DNA of 64,000 nt from Ophelia neglecta (taxonomy: Eukaryota), in NCBI GenBank assembly GCA_965285935.1, contig OZ260662.1, positions 87,854,001 to 87,918,000 of the forward strand. The letters run 5' to 3'. A program made the translations under genes and the position numbers. Positions 23,251 to 36,374 of this stretch are shown here, in pieces. The stretch's first letter is position 1. Every line of letters starts with the position of its first letter. Below the pieces are notes generated by a model. It had not been told where the DNA came from. It did no database searches and was given only the letters and a program-made list of their open reading frames with translations.

Positions 23251-23611
23251 AATTCTGGTGTCTGCTAGTAATTAAGACACATAATCTAAATAGAAGGATT
23301 ACATTTTTTGCACTGGTTATCCAATAGGGGTGTTTGACTGAAAAAATCTCATGTTTGTGGCATTTAATTGATTTTTTTTTACCCAGTGCAGGTAAATGAA
23401 GACATCATACTATATTATCAGAGTCACTGTGTTAACATACAATATGTATTCAATGCAATGTGCATACCCGTATATAAAGTTGGAAGTTTTAACATTAATA
23501 CCTCATAACTAGATTATGTTATACAATAAAGATAAACTTCCAATATGTGATTGAAACGGAAATGTACTCTTGTATGATAATATTTGATTATTAGATTAAG
23601 ATTGGTTTGTG

Positions 23612-23805
23612 ATGCTGCTGTATGTTTGTCTAACATACACTAACAAGTGCTGTATGTGGGTCTAATATACACTAATTAGTGCTGTATGTGGGTCTAATAT
23701 ACACTAATCATTGCTGTATACATGTCTCATATATACATTAATCACTATGATGGTTGTCTAATGTGCACTAATCAGTGATGTATGCACGTCTAATATAAAC
23801 TAACT
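23612..23805. repeat. ~31-bp minisatellite (gtgctgtatgtgggtctaatatacactaat)
   Basis: About six tandem units. Confidence 0.8.
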
Positions 23806-26764
23806 AGTTTTTTTTTCATTGCTAATATTGGGATTTTTTTTACTATTAAATAACAGATGCAAAAATAAATGATGTTTGTGATCGGAAGCATTACCTAGTG
23901 CTGATACTAATGGTTATGTGTTATTGTATTTACTTGTAAATGGTATTAAAAGTGGCTCTGTAAGTGTATGTAGTTTGGCATAAGATGGTGTACATAATAA
24001 ATAGTCTGCTGTTTGGCGAAAAAATTAAAGTGACATTGTTGCTGTACTACTTTGAAATAAATGTGTATAGGCCTACATGTATACTTTTCGTTTCTACCCG
24101 TCACTTTTTAGAAGGGTAAATGTGTAATGAACTCTCTCACACATTTCCTGCCACCTGCAAATCCTAGGTCCAATATAGGCAGGGCATATCACATATCTGT
24201 ATGGTCCCAAAGGCGCTGTGTTTAGGGCAGAAGACAGTTGGTCTAGAAGTAAATAGAAAAGATTGGGATCCCTGTAGTAATATATTGTAATTAACCTTTT
24301 ATTCAGCCTTGACCTTTGGTGAACTGTGTGTAGTGATCATGCCAGAAGCTTTTGCTATAAACGGGGGACATGCATTTAAATCTTACACTGACAAAAGTGG
24401 ACATTACTCTTTCACTGCTAGTGTAATCTTTTGCCGACAGTATGTTTCCTTGCCATTTATGACCTCATACTTGTTAGCAAAAACGGACAGTAACTGTTGC
24501 AACTGCCATTATAAATGGAATTTTTGAATTTTAAAAACTATTCACAAAAGTGAATTAATACCATGTTGGCAAAACCTAAAGTTTTATAACTTTAATTCTT
24601 ACGGCCAAAATTAATCCCAGCTGCATACCTATTTGTGGAAATTTATTTCCATTTATATATTTAGAATTTAGGTTAAAAATATGTGAAGATTAAAAAAAAA
24701 TATATTAAAATATCTTAAAATCGAAAGTCTTATGAGCGCAGCTGTTTTTCGTAGGGGTCCAGTTATGTACATATACATGATACTGTTACAAAATACCGCA
24801 AACATAAATTTGAAATTTTGATATACAGTTAGTTAACAGGTTGAAACAGATAGGACATAAAATACTCATCTTTTAAAACATTACTAAAAAATTTCTTTAA
24901 AACTGGTAGAACTTATTACATGTATGCATTATTTGCATTGCACCCTTTTTATCTAAGAGAAATTGTACTAGAACACTTCTATTTAATTTATCACTATGAC
25001 TAATATGATGTCATAAAAAGGTGTGTATTTAAACACATATTTCTCCTTTTTAATTAAAATTGTTTTTTAAATAATTAATTTCTTTATGATTGCATTTATA
25101 TAGCCTACGTTTTAAAAACAAAAAGGGAAAGTAAATAGATGGTGTATGCGGGTAGTCTGTTAGAAGCAGTAAGGTTCATACAGTTTATTTACACACCACG
25201 GCGATATTCCCCTCACCTTTGCTGTCTCATGCTTATAAGTTGTATACCTCGTCGTAAATAATATGCCATTAACGGCATTATCAACCTGCACACCAGCTAA
25301 GCATGCCAATGAGGCCATTTTTGATAAGTTGGTAATTACATAAATACATGTATTGTAACCAATGCATATAAGCACCGTTTTCACCGTTGACCGCACGATT
25401 TGCACAATTAAAACCGATATGCGTTATGAATGTTAGGCAGAACGACCTATACCATAATAGATATTGTTCTTCATTTTGTGGTACGTACAAATCTACAGGG
25501 GGCACGACCAGGGACCATTGTAACAAAAAAACGCAATGTAACTAGTAATCATTTGCGGGTTTTAGTAATTAGTCAAGTTTTTTTTAGAAATACCGTTTAT
25601 TATGTGTTCAAGGTGAATTTTGAGGTAAAATATTTATTTCACTTTGAAATTCATGAGATGGATTTTAAGCAAATAGTGGCTGCCACATGCTATTTTTATG
25701 CCTCCCTCCCACACCACTGCCCCCCGTGGCCTTCCCTCTAGTTAGTGCCGTACTTGACAGTGTACATGAAGGACGTGATTACCGATTGAATCCAATCAGC
25801 GTGTGTAGCTGAACTTTAGAGGTCACCAATTGGGAGATCATATTCCCTATATTCCCGGTGACCGGTAGAGTACATGCTGTTTCCAAATAAGGGACAAGTC
25901 GGGGAACATGGTTAATTAACCGATGTCAGGTGACTAGGAAATGGCAAATTATGGCCCGTGTCTCATATGAGGTATTACAAGATGCTACCCATGCTTCTTG
26001 TACTTTATTTTAAAGAATGGGTTTTAAAGATAAAATTGGATTTCATATAACGTTGTATATAATGCAGACGCCCATATTAGTGATCAGCAGAAATGAGGTA
26101 TAAGCTCACGTACCTATTGTTTAGTTTGTGCGCACAGATATTTGACATTAATAATTGGGTCATCCAGGGCAATTTCGTGACCGTGGAGAGAAAAATGTTC
26201 TTTTTTTTATGGATTCATCTTCTTTGAGGTCTAAATAATAAATTTAGCCCTGGTGCCTTTTGAAAAATCCAAGACTATAATCTATAATAGGCTTTACTCT
26301 ATTCAAAATAATCCTTAAATGATTTGATATTCTCAAATGGCTGAGCTCTTTATTTCACGATGTTGAAACTAAATACCACAAAATACCACGGTGAATCTTA
26401 CTAACTTTCCCACAGTTACCTAAGAAGGTGTAAGCAAGTTCTTTTTTGTATAGTACCTGTATGTTTAATTTTACAGGTAAACTATTAAGCTTCGTTTAAA
26501 TTGAGGTTTTTAATGTTTTTGAAGTAAGCAAGCTTTATTGTTATTATTATTATTATTATTATTTATTTATTTTAAAAATCATTATTAATGCCATATATAT
26601 ACAGGTAATCAAAACTTTACAGAGATATAATCAGTAATATTTTTAAACAGGAAGCCTATAGCTCATAGGTCTATTACAAAAAATGGAGACACAACGATAC
26701 ATATTGCGTGGCGAATATATAACGAAAAAGCAATAAACAAACAGAATATCAAGTTCATGGGCTG

Positions 26765-28844
26765 ATCTCCATGCTTAATGTAGATTTTAAGATAGCATCC
26801 AAAGCCATAGCCGAAAGAATAAAATCCAAACTTCCCAAACTCATCCACAACAATCAAGTTGGCTACGTTAAGGACAGGCATATCTCAAGCAATATAAGGT
26901 CAATATCAGACATATTATTCTATACAAAAGCAGTGAATATTCCAGGGATTTTACTCAGTATCGATTTTGAAAAGGCTTTCGACTCGGTGGATTGGTTGTT
27001 TTTGAGGGCAACATTGGAAAAATATAATTTCGGCAAGTCACTTATAGGGTGGGTTGATCTGTTCTATACAGATGCTATGAGCTGTGTCATCAATAACGGG
27101 CACATGTCGAGCTATTTTTCTTTGGGTAGAGGGGTGAGACTTATCGCCCTACCTGTTTGTGCTGGTAGCAGAAATCCTTGCCTGTAGCATCAGACAAAAT
27201 CCAAGAATTGTGGGTATAGAAGTGGGGGGCTCTGAAGTAAAGTTACTGCAGTACGCTGACGACACAAATGGTATGGTGCGAGATGTTCAATCAGCGAGGT
27301 ATTTTTTAGATACGGTGGAGGAGTTTGGTCAACACTCGGGTCTCAGATTAAATCGGGACAAAACGGAGGCTATCTGGTTGGGGTCATCTAGAGGTAGCAA
27401 CGAGAAACCTCTCGGTATATATTGGCCAGTTAGACCGCTAAAAGTGCTGGGCATTTACTTTTCTTATAATGAAGAACAAAATAATGACTTGAATTATCAA
27501 AAGAAAATTGACAAATGTAAGAATATACTGAATGAGTGGAAAGGTAGAGGTTTGACCATGATAGGTCGAGTTATTGTATTGAGAGCTTTTATTGTATCGC
27601 AGTTTCTGTACACTACGCAAGCTCTGTACATGCCCGAGACGTATATACAGATGGTGCAAAACTTAATTTCTGACTTCATTTGGTTTGGTAAAAGGCCGAA
27701 ATTGAAAAAAGAGGTGCTAGTGAGAAAGAAGGAACATGGAGGGCTAAATGTTCCTTGCTTTAAAAGTATGGTTGAGTGTTCTTATATAAAGTGGCTCAAA
27801 AGAATGATTATGGAAGAACAAAGCACATGGAGATACTTTTTAGATTATTATATGAAATCGTGCAATGTCAATCTGTATGCTCTTTTATGCTCAAATTATG
27901 ATTGTAAAGACATTCTTTTAGAAGGAAAGGTGCCCAAATTTTACGTATGTATGTTAGCATGTTGGTTCAGATATGGGAACACAAATATTCCAAGGAAATT
28001 CTGTCTGTTTTACAATAGAAATATCCTGGTAGATGGCAAGATAATATTTTATAAACAATTCTATGATGTAGGAATCAGATATGTATGGGATGTGTGTAAT
28101 CAATATGGTGACATAATATCCTTTTGCGACCTGGTACAGAAATATGGCTTAGACAGTAAAAATTTGTTGCACTGGATGGGTATTGTAGATGCGGTTAGCA
28201 AATCTGACATTGTATATGAAGAAGCATTAAGCTACGAAACGGAGGATACCAAATTTTTGATTAACCAGGTTCCTTTAGAGTGTGTAACAACAAAAGAGAT
28301 ATATGCTGAAATATTTGATAGAAACGGTATAAACAAAGATTATGCGCCAAGAATTACAAAGTATGTGAAAGCCAAGGAAGGAGTTTGTTTATCGCAAGTC
28401 TTCAAACGAATATATACTGGACTTGCAGACACCAGACTAAGAGAGTTTCATGACATTTCAGTAAATAATTATTGGTTGTTCAAATGGGGTTTAAAGGAGC
28501 ATGATATGTGCACCTTCTGTAATGAGGAGGTTGAGGATCTACATCATATGTATTGGGAGTGTGTTGTTGTACAGGGTTTTTGGAAGGAATGTGAGAAACG
28601 AGTATTTAAAGAAAAGCTAAATGTAGAAGACATTTTCTTTGGAAGAGATGAGAGTTTGTTTTTTACTCTTTCTTGTTTAGCCAAGAAGTATCTGTATACC
28701 TGTAGACTAAAAGACGCCTTTCCTAATTTTGAGGCCTACAAAAGAGTAAGTATGCATCAAAGGGAAATAGAAGTGTTAATGTCAACAACTGAAAAGCAGA
28801 ATGCAGGGCATGTCAACAAATGGGCTGGATTCACAATAGCATGA
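26765..28844 (+). pseudogene. LINE ORF2 fragment (RT plus CCHC), frameshifted
   Basis: GVR[QGDP]LSPYLF has lost about 11 bp at 27140/27141, splitting the ORF into 26771-27187 and 27159-28844. Confidence 0.9.
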
Positions 28845-28956
28845 TACTGAGATATAACTATATGCATGCACTATATTGTAATATTGGGGGAATACTATTC
28901 TTTTAACAATTGGACATGCCAATATTTGTAATTGAATATGTAATATGAATAAACTT

Positions 28957-28994
<38 letters not shown>

Positions 28995-29100
28995 CACATA
29001 TTGAATTATGTACACATGTACACATTTACCGCTTTATATGCTTTGTTACACCCATTGTTTTTGCAATAAGTTATGACAGTAATAGAATAAAATTGACTTA

Positions 29101-29130
<30 letters not shown>
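26767..29130 (+). mobile_element. 5'-truncated Tx1/L1-group LINE with 3' transduction and 16-bp TSD
   Basis: RT motifs ISMLNVDFKI, IDFEKAFDSV, QYADD; C-terminal CTFC...HMYWEC. Poly(A) at 28962-28993 and 29106-29132. TSD aagttcatgggctgat at 26751-26766 and 29131-29146. Confidence 0.93.
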
Positions 29131-29132
<2 letters not shown>

Positions 29133-29499
29133 GTTCATGGGCTGATTTATAAGCTATCAATTTTGACAGTTAATTTGAAAATTAACTAATCTCTTGCAGA
29201 CCTTCTGAACGCATGAGGTGAGCAGACATATTAGGTTGCATGTTTGTTTTTTTATTGTTAGTAGCGCACCTTGGTAAATGGGACTTCTTTTCAAAATATC
29301 AGTCTGAGGTTTTCGCACATGAAAGTCCCCGGCCTGTCTGGTTTAATAGTGGTGCAAGTCCTAATTAAATGTAAACATAGATGATATAACCTGTATCAAG
29401 AAGCCATTGTAAAATGTATAAATTATAATTTGCAGACTCGTGATATCTAAACTACGTAAACTATGTAAGGGTAGTGTTTTATTTTCAATATAGATTGGA

Positions 29500-31300
29500 G
29501 CGGTTACAGCGTTCCATGGCGATCCAGTGATGATGCGCACCGCTCTTTCTGAATATGATAGAACTTAGATACGAGTCGAAAATACATCCCCAAACCTCAG
29601 AACATATAAGGGTATACAAATCTATAATAGAGTGAGATAAGTGCATTTGCGCAAATATCTTGGCTAGCTTTACGGATTATACCAAGGCTCCTAGAAATTT
29701 TCCGAGTTGTCATTTGTTATGCTCCCCCAGGTTAAATATTTGTCGAAAGTTTCCCCCCGAATTTGGTGGATTTGACAATATCGATGTTTTGAACTTTCAT
29801 AACTATGTCAGTGAATGGAGCTACCCTTTTATTTTTAATGTGGAATACCATGTTATGAGTCTTTTTTTATATTTACGGTAAGCCTATTCACTTGAAGCCA
29901 TTTAATTGTTTTCTAAATCTCAATATTCACAATAGATATCATATTATTAATGTTCCTGCCTGTGACGAACACATTTGAGTCATCAGCAAACAGGAGCGTA
30001 AAAAAGTTTTTAAGAAAAGTAAGTCATATTGTTAAAATAATTTATAAATAGGACCGGACCCAGATTTGACCCCTGGGGACGCCGCATCTAATATAATGCA
30101 AGGTCCAGTACGTGCCTTAAAATCTACAAAATTGCTTTCGGCCATTAAGATAACTTCGGAGCCAGTCCAAGCGGACGCCTCTTATGCTATACATCTACAG
30201 CTTAAGAAAGAAATGATATGTTAAGGTGGACTGTGTCGAAGGCATTTGAAATGTTAAAGAATAGGCCTAGGAAATAGTCGCCACGGTCAAGAGCTTCAGT
30301 AATCTTTTCTACCGGCAATATCAACGCCAACTTTTTTTGACTTGTGCCCTCGAAAGCCAAATTGCTGTTCATGAAAAAATATCATTTTGGTTTATAAAAG
30401 AAATTACTCGGTTGACCATAAGACGCTCTAGTATTTTGGAAAAGACAGGTAGGCCCTATACTATACAATTGACCATTCCTGCAATACCATACGCCGCCTG
30501 GGGGAAACCGCAGAACTACGATAACGTAATGCATTGTGGGAAAAAAGTCGACCATACTATACAATTGATACAGGGCGATGGTTTGAGATGTGCGTTTTAT
30601 CCCGCTTTAAAATTTTCATCGAAAGATTCATCTCATGCTTAAGTGATGCAATGAAAAGATTGATTGTTTAATTACACTAGAACAAAGAGAGTTTCAACCA
30701 GCAATCTGATTTAGATTTAAGACCACCTTCAATAGTTATAATTTCGCTTGAAGTAACGGGATTTAGATTGAAAAATCGTTCCTTGATATACTAAGAAGGC
30801 GAACTGTTAGATTCTGGAATTGCGTTTGCCAGAGTTGAACCCACACAAGAAAAGAAATTATTCCTTCTGAAATAGTATTTTTATCAAATGTTATAGAGGT
30901 CCTAATCAATAAATTTATCATTCAAAACCTCTGACTTTTTACTATTTCTAGCTTCCTTATGATCTGCCATTACTTGTGAAGATTGCTTTTGTTTTACAGG
31001 ATGAGTTTTTGGTAATGGTTTTTTCCGATACCCGCTAAATACTTTTTAGTTTATTATTGAATTCCTTATACTTTCTGATATTGGTTGTTGTTGGTTAGCT
31101 TTAACCAGCCATGTCCACTGAATAGTCCAAAAACATTAAATGTCATGCTTACTTATTTGTGATTTAGAGTAACCTAAATCTCATCTCAAAATAATTGCGA
31201 ATCGTAAGTTATCTCATATACTGGAAAACAAGATGGAACTTAATCTCAGTAAGCTTTTCCTTCTGTCCAATATCATTCAAGCACAATTTTTTCAAATGTT
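29500..31300 (-). mobile_element. Highly decayed LINE RT remnant (CR1/L2-like); boundaries approximate
   Basis: Minus-strand AFDTVH at ~30225-30243 and CGVPQG.NLGPVLFINY at ~30040-30086, with many stops and frameshifts. Confidence 0.6.
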
Positions 31301-31519
31301 TTCCTTTCTTATATAATTCATTCCAATGTCACTTTTTTTTACATGGTGCACCAATGAGGGTATCTCTCTTCTACATGATTACATTTACATGTACTATGAC
31401 GATGGTGATAATGACAATAATGATGATATTATATTTACCTTTCCCACTAAAATGCGCACGCCAGAAAAATATGTCATCGAAATTGACTGTATGTCGAAGC
31501 TGCCTCGATTCGGTTAACA

Positions 31520-31656
31520 GTTCCTAGTTCATTATTTGATTAACATTCGAATTGAATTGGTTACTAGCTCCTAGTTCATTATTCGGTTGACATTCACATG
31601 GAGTTATTAAATCCTAGTTCCTTATTTGGCTAACATTCAAGTCAATTTGGTTACTT
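31520..31656. repeat. Three ~45-bp tandem units (cctagttcattatttg..taacattc)
   Basis: Direct inspection. Confidence 0.65.
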
Positions 31657-33289
31657 TTGTAGGTTAAGTTCCATACCAAGAGATCCAGTCTTCCAGAATG
31701 CAGTACAATAATGTTTGATTGAACCTGCTACTGCATGGTATCCTAACTCCTAGCTCATCCCCAGCATGGTGCCAGTCACATACATCAGTAAGAAATCTCG
31801 CTCCCTTCAGTTAGCTACGATCCAAAAATATGATATAGCAAATATTTGTAAAATTGAGATTTGAAACCATTGTGAGGATTTTTGTTCAGCACTTGTTTAC
31901 ATAAATGCAATTTAAAACCGAGTAAATTATACATTATTCAAAGCAAACTGGATGGCGTTAAGATAAAATTGGCGGTGAATGGATTAATTAATCGTCCGCG
32001 ATAGTAGCCTTTATCTTGTCAAATAAACTTTTCCACCTGCTAAGGTATTGTTGAACTTACCTAGGCAAATTTCACAACACTCTCTGAGAAAATGTTCTCA
32101 CAATATGTGGATTATTAGTTCCCAATGCCTATGAATGTTGTGCATAGGTCAAGCCTGTGTTAGAACCTGCCAGTGATTCCGTCCATATACTTTAATATCC
32201 ATTCCCATAGTTGGCTGGTATTCCTTTTGCAGGTGGCCGTGAGATTCTGTATTAATCAAAATTTGAAAATGAAACATGAAAATAACATAATGCACAAGTG
32301 TGAACTTTTTCCACGATGCGTTAGGGATATTCCATTTGATTGGTGGTACGGTCAGAACTCACTGCCCTGTTCTATCACATTGTTTTGGTATGAAAGGCAA
32401 GGTTTATCCTTCATAAAAGTGTATAGTTCAGATAACGAATAGTTGCTCCCAAGCCTACAATGGCTTAATTAATGCGAGTGTCGCCGGCCCCTGCCCAGTG
32501 AATTTAGAATATCTCTATTATAGTAAGTCTAAAACTTTCATGTCTAGTATCATTTTAAATATTTGTTAATATTATGCTGATAAATGTGGTCAAATAAACG
32601 TGCATATTTTCATTCAAAAGGGCATTAAACAGACAAAATGATGAGTTATGCAATTATAAAAAATTACCGCTAATAAAGGAATGTTTAGAAGCACCCATTC
32701 CTGTCTATGTGTATGTTATTGTGGATCTTACATTGTGATCATTGAAAAATAGTGATTTATGGGAGAAGCGATACCATAAAGTTTAGTTTAGATCCTAACA
32801 TACTTACCTGTTGGCCTTTGAAAGATCACAGTGTTTCTGTCGTCGCCTTAACTAACGGAGCGGGAGATTTACAGGCATAGGTCCAGATAGGAACCACCTC
32901 TCCCCTATCACACTACAGACGCTAGTTGTCTGTCTACTTATTTTTCTTTCACGCTGTTAGATTTAAAACAAATCTAGTTAAATTCATTCATTTGATATTA
33001 CGCATCATGCACGAAATTGAATGTAATTAACATAGCACATAAAGGCACAAATTAATGAAACTGGCTACAATTATCTTCATTTGCAAAACGTATATTACCG
33101 GTACTGTGTTTTTGTGTCATTTTTATTGTATTCCCTTTTAAGTTTGCCTTTTTTTCTACCTATCATGGCCCTGCACATTAACATGGTTATTTCTGCTGAA
33201 AGACGTGACTACTATTTCTATTTTGTATTAATGTGCTTAACTTGTTTTTTTTGGAATTCTCATTTCTTAGTTTAAGTCTTCACACATCT

Positions 33290-34010
33290 ATGATGATACT
33301 GTTGCTGCGGCGGATCCAAACGAAATCTAAAAAACTTTTATAGATGAGTTAATACAACAGACTTATAATAAACATCTTAGTGTTTAAATAGTTCAATTTT
33401 ATAAAAGAAAATGTACACTGGGAGGTTGGATCACTCAAATAATATTTTATTGGGAGACTTTTAGAGACAAACTTTATAAAAGACTTAAAACACTCCTGAA
33501 AGCCGATGAGCACAGTACTTTAGAAATGCACCATAATACGTACGGGTATTTACATAGTTTTAATAAGAATATTAGAGAAGCAGGATGTCTAATCATCCCA
33601 AGTTCGAAAGTGGCTTTGTCAAATCCATTGAAGCTTTTAATAATTAGGACTATATCATTAAAATCATTGCTAACTGGTAATTTTACAGAAAATTAAAAAA
33701 TGGCCCAGGTTGTTCCTTTATTTATGAAGGGGTATGGTAACTTTATTGACAAATACCGTCCCATTTCTTTTGTACCAGCGATACCTGAAAAAGTCATATG
33801 CAAAAAAATTCACAGCTTCGTTCGGATGACAATTTATTTATTGGTAGCTTTATCAAGATCATTACATTCAACCGAATTGGATATCTTCGATCTCACTGAC
33901 AGCACTATTCGACAAGGGACAAAAGACCGATTACAATTAATATATAAATGGCCTTGTCAAAAGTAATTGACGCCATAGATCACAATATTCAATAAAGAAA
34001 TTGCAATTTC
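33290..34010 (+). mobile_element. Decayed LINE RT remnant (CR1/L2-like)
   Basis: KLKMAQVVPLF.KG...YRPISFVPAI.EK, HSTE, and a degenerate LSK..DAIDH motif. Confidence 0.65.
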
Positions 34011-35245
34011 TTTATTAAATATAATATTGTGATCTATGACGTTTTTACGGCTGGGTATTTATTCATTGTTGAGATCCTTCTAGCTAGAATAGCGACGTTA
34101 TAAACATAAAGATATTAAAGCAGTTTGCAATTGTGTCTTACGAGTTTACCACATATAGATAATAAATTTATCAGTAACAGAACTATAACGTTTTTCGTCT
34201 ATAACGTAATCTACTTTTTTCCATATAATAATATAATATTGCATAAATTTATAAATATCTTGTATTCATCGACAACTGAATATATGGACACGCATGTTAG
34301 GTGTTCACCTTGGGCTGGCTGTTGTCGGGGGGGGGGGGGGGGGGGAGGGGGTTGGAGTGACTTCCTAGTAATTTTATTCTACCACTAGTTAGGAGTGGCA
34401 TCGCGCTCTTGCCTCCGTTGCGTGGGAGTTCAGGTCGGTTGATCTCAACAAGAGTGAGTAATATTTAAACTTTATTCCTGACACAACTATCTATCTTCTC
34501 GATCTCCAGGTATATATGTATTGCTCCTGGTTTATTTTTACAGGAGGCTCTCACACCAGCTAGCAATAAACACCCATCCCTACTGAAAGTTCCTTTGACA
34601 TATAGTGAAATGGTTAGAGTGGTCAAAATAGATATTTTATGAGTCTGGTCAAGCTGATAAGAGCTTATGTGTTTGTTTTTTCCCCTACTACGATCTCAAG
34701 CGCATCCGCAAACTGAAGCTGCGATGTATTTATAATTTCAACGTTTGCACATAATAGAATTATTACCCAATTAAAAGTGACGTGCAGAGGGCGTGCCCTT
34801 TCTTGCTCATTACCAATATCATGGTAGGAATGTAGAAACAGCCAAGCCTTGAATGTTTATCATATACATGTATAAGCAAAACAGGTCCTCGGTTCACTTT
34901 ATACGAGTGGTTTGATTGTAATACGATGGGTAGAACCTGGGTTCTGTGTAACCCTGCAACTTTAATTAGGAACATAGATGAATGACAATGATTTTTTGAT
35001 GGGTTATCTGAACGATGATCTAACAAGATAACGTTTCCACTGGCAGAACTTCATGCGGGAAGTGTTATTTTTACCATTTGACTAATGAAAATCCGTTTTC
35101 GCCATGACGGTTTGCCATTAAACAGGATGTTAGTTATAGGACATTAACAGCAAGGGAAAGAGAAGACACTACATCACAAATGGTACATTTCGAATAAATC
35201 TTTAATAGTATTCTCCGATCTTTTCAACAGAAAGCAGCTACTATA

Positions 35246-35422
35246 CAGTGAAACCTGTGAATTAAGACCACCCAAGGGACTTGAAAATACTGGTCTGATT
35301 TCAGAGGTCTTCTGTTTAGACGGTTATTCCACATTGAAAGTATATATTATGTTCATCATATTGGTGGTCTGGATTGACAGGTGGTCTGATTATAGAGGAG
35401 GTCCTTAAGGCAGGTTTCACTG
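35246..35422. mobile_element. Tc1/mariner(pogo)-type MITE, copy 1
   Basis: TA-cagtgaaacctg...caggtttcactg-TA. Confidence 0.85.
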
Positions 35423-35668
35423 TACTTTCTTATAACGCGGAGATAAAGCACCTCTAAAAAGGTTGCTTCGTAAAAGCATTACATGAATTTACTCAAAAAA
35501 AGGAAAGCAGAAATAAAACAACATTAGGAATAAAATGGTTACCCTCCACGTCCTCGAAGATATTCGTACCCCGCTTCTATGCATAGCTCCTACTTACTCC
35601 TACACACTTCAAAGGTCAACTCTTCAAGCTAGCATTATACTATTTATTCAAATGACCTTTAAAGACTA

Positions 35669-35845
35669 CAGTGAAACCTGCCTTAAAGACCACCTCTATA
35701 ACCAGACCACCTGTTAGTTCATACCACTTATATGAGGATCATTTGTATAATTTCAGTGAAGAATAACCTGTTTTAACAGACCACCTCAGAAAGCAGACCA
35801 GCTTTTTCCAGTCCTTTTGGTGGTCTTAATTCACAGGTTTCACAG
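35669..35845. mobile_element. Tc1/mariner-type MITE, copy 2 (opposite orientation to copy 1)
   Basis: TA-cagtgaaacctg...caggtttcacag-TA; interior is the diverged reverse complement of copy 1. Confidence 0.85.
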
Positions 35846-36220
35846 TACTCATATTTCTTAAAGCATTTCATTTGAAATTCCGCCGTCCGCCGCGGTTTGG
35901 TCTATATAAAAATCTTTCTACCACAGGTAGCTTCACCTCTTGTTACGTTGGACCACTAGGCATATGAACGATTATTTAAAGTGTAATTTATGCAACTTCT
36001 TTGACTTGTTAAATAGTATTCCTGTTTTAGAGACGGGGGCCCAAACCGGGCCCAAATCCACATTCACCAGACATTCACCAGACATTCATATACCTACTTA
36101 TTACCATACACTGGTTCTAGATGCATGTTTGTTGGGTGATGCATTCTTCATACACCTTAAATATCTATTCAACATTAGATAAATGACAACGATTTAACAC
36201 TCTATGTAACTTTAATAATA

Positions 36221-36374
36221 CAGTGAAACCTGCCTTAAAGAACACCTCTATAACCAGACCACCTTTTAATTTAGACCACTTATATGAGGATCATTTTGTA
36301 TACTTTCAATGTGAAATAACCTGTTTTAACAGACCACCTCAGAAATCGGTGGTCTTAATTCACAGGTTTCACTG
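36221..36374. mobile_element. Tc1/mariner-type MITE, copy 3 (internal deletion)
   Basis: TA-cagtgaaacctg...caggtttcactg-TA; similar to copy 2. Confidence 0.85.

Noticed and set aside
34385-34600. tRNA-derived SINE remnants (also ~54830-54920 and ~57700)
   Set aside because: Only vague A/B-box or core similarity; too degenerate to support without a library search.
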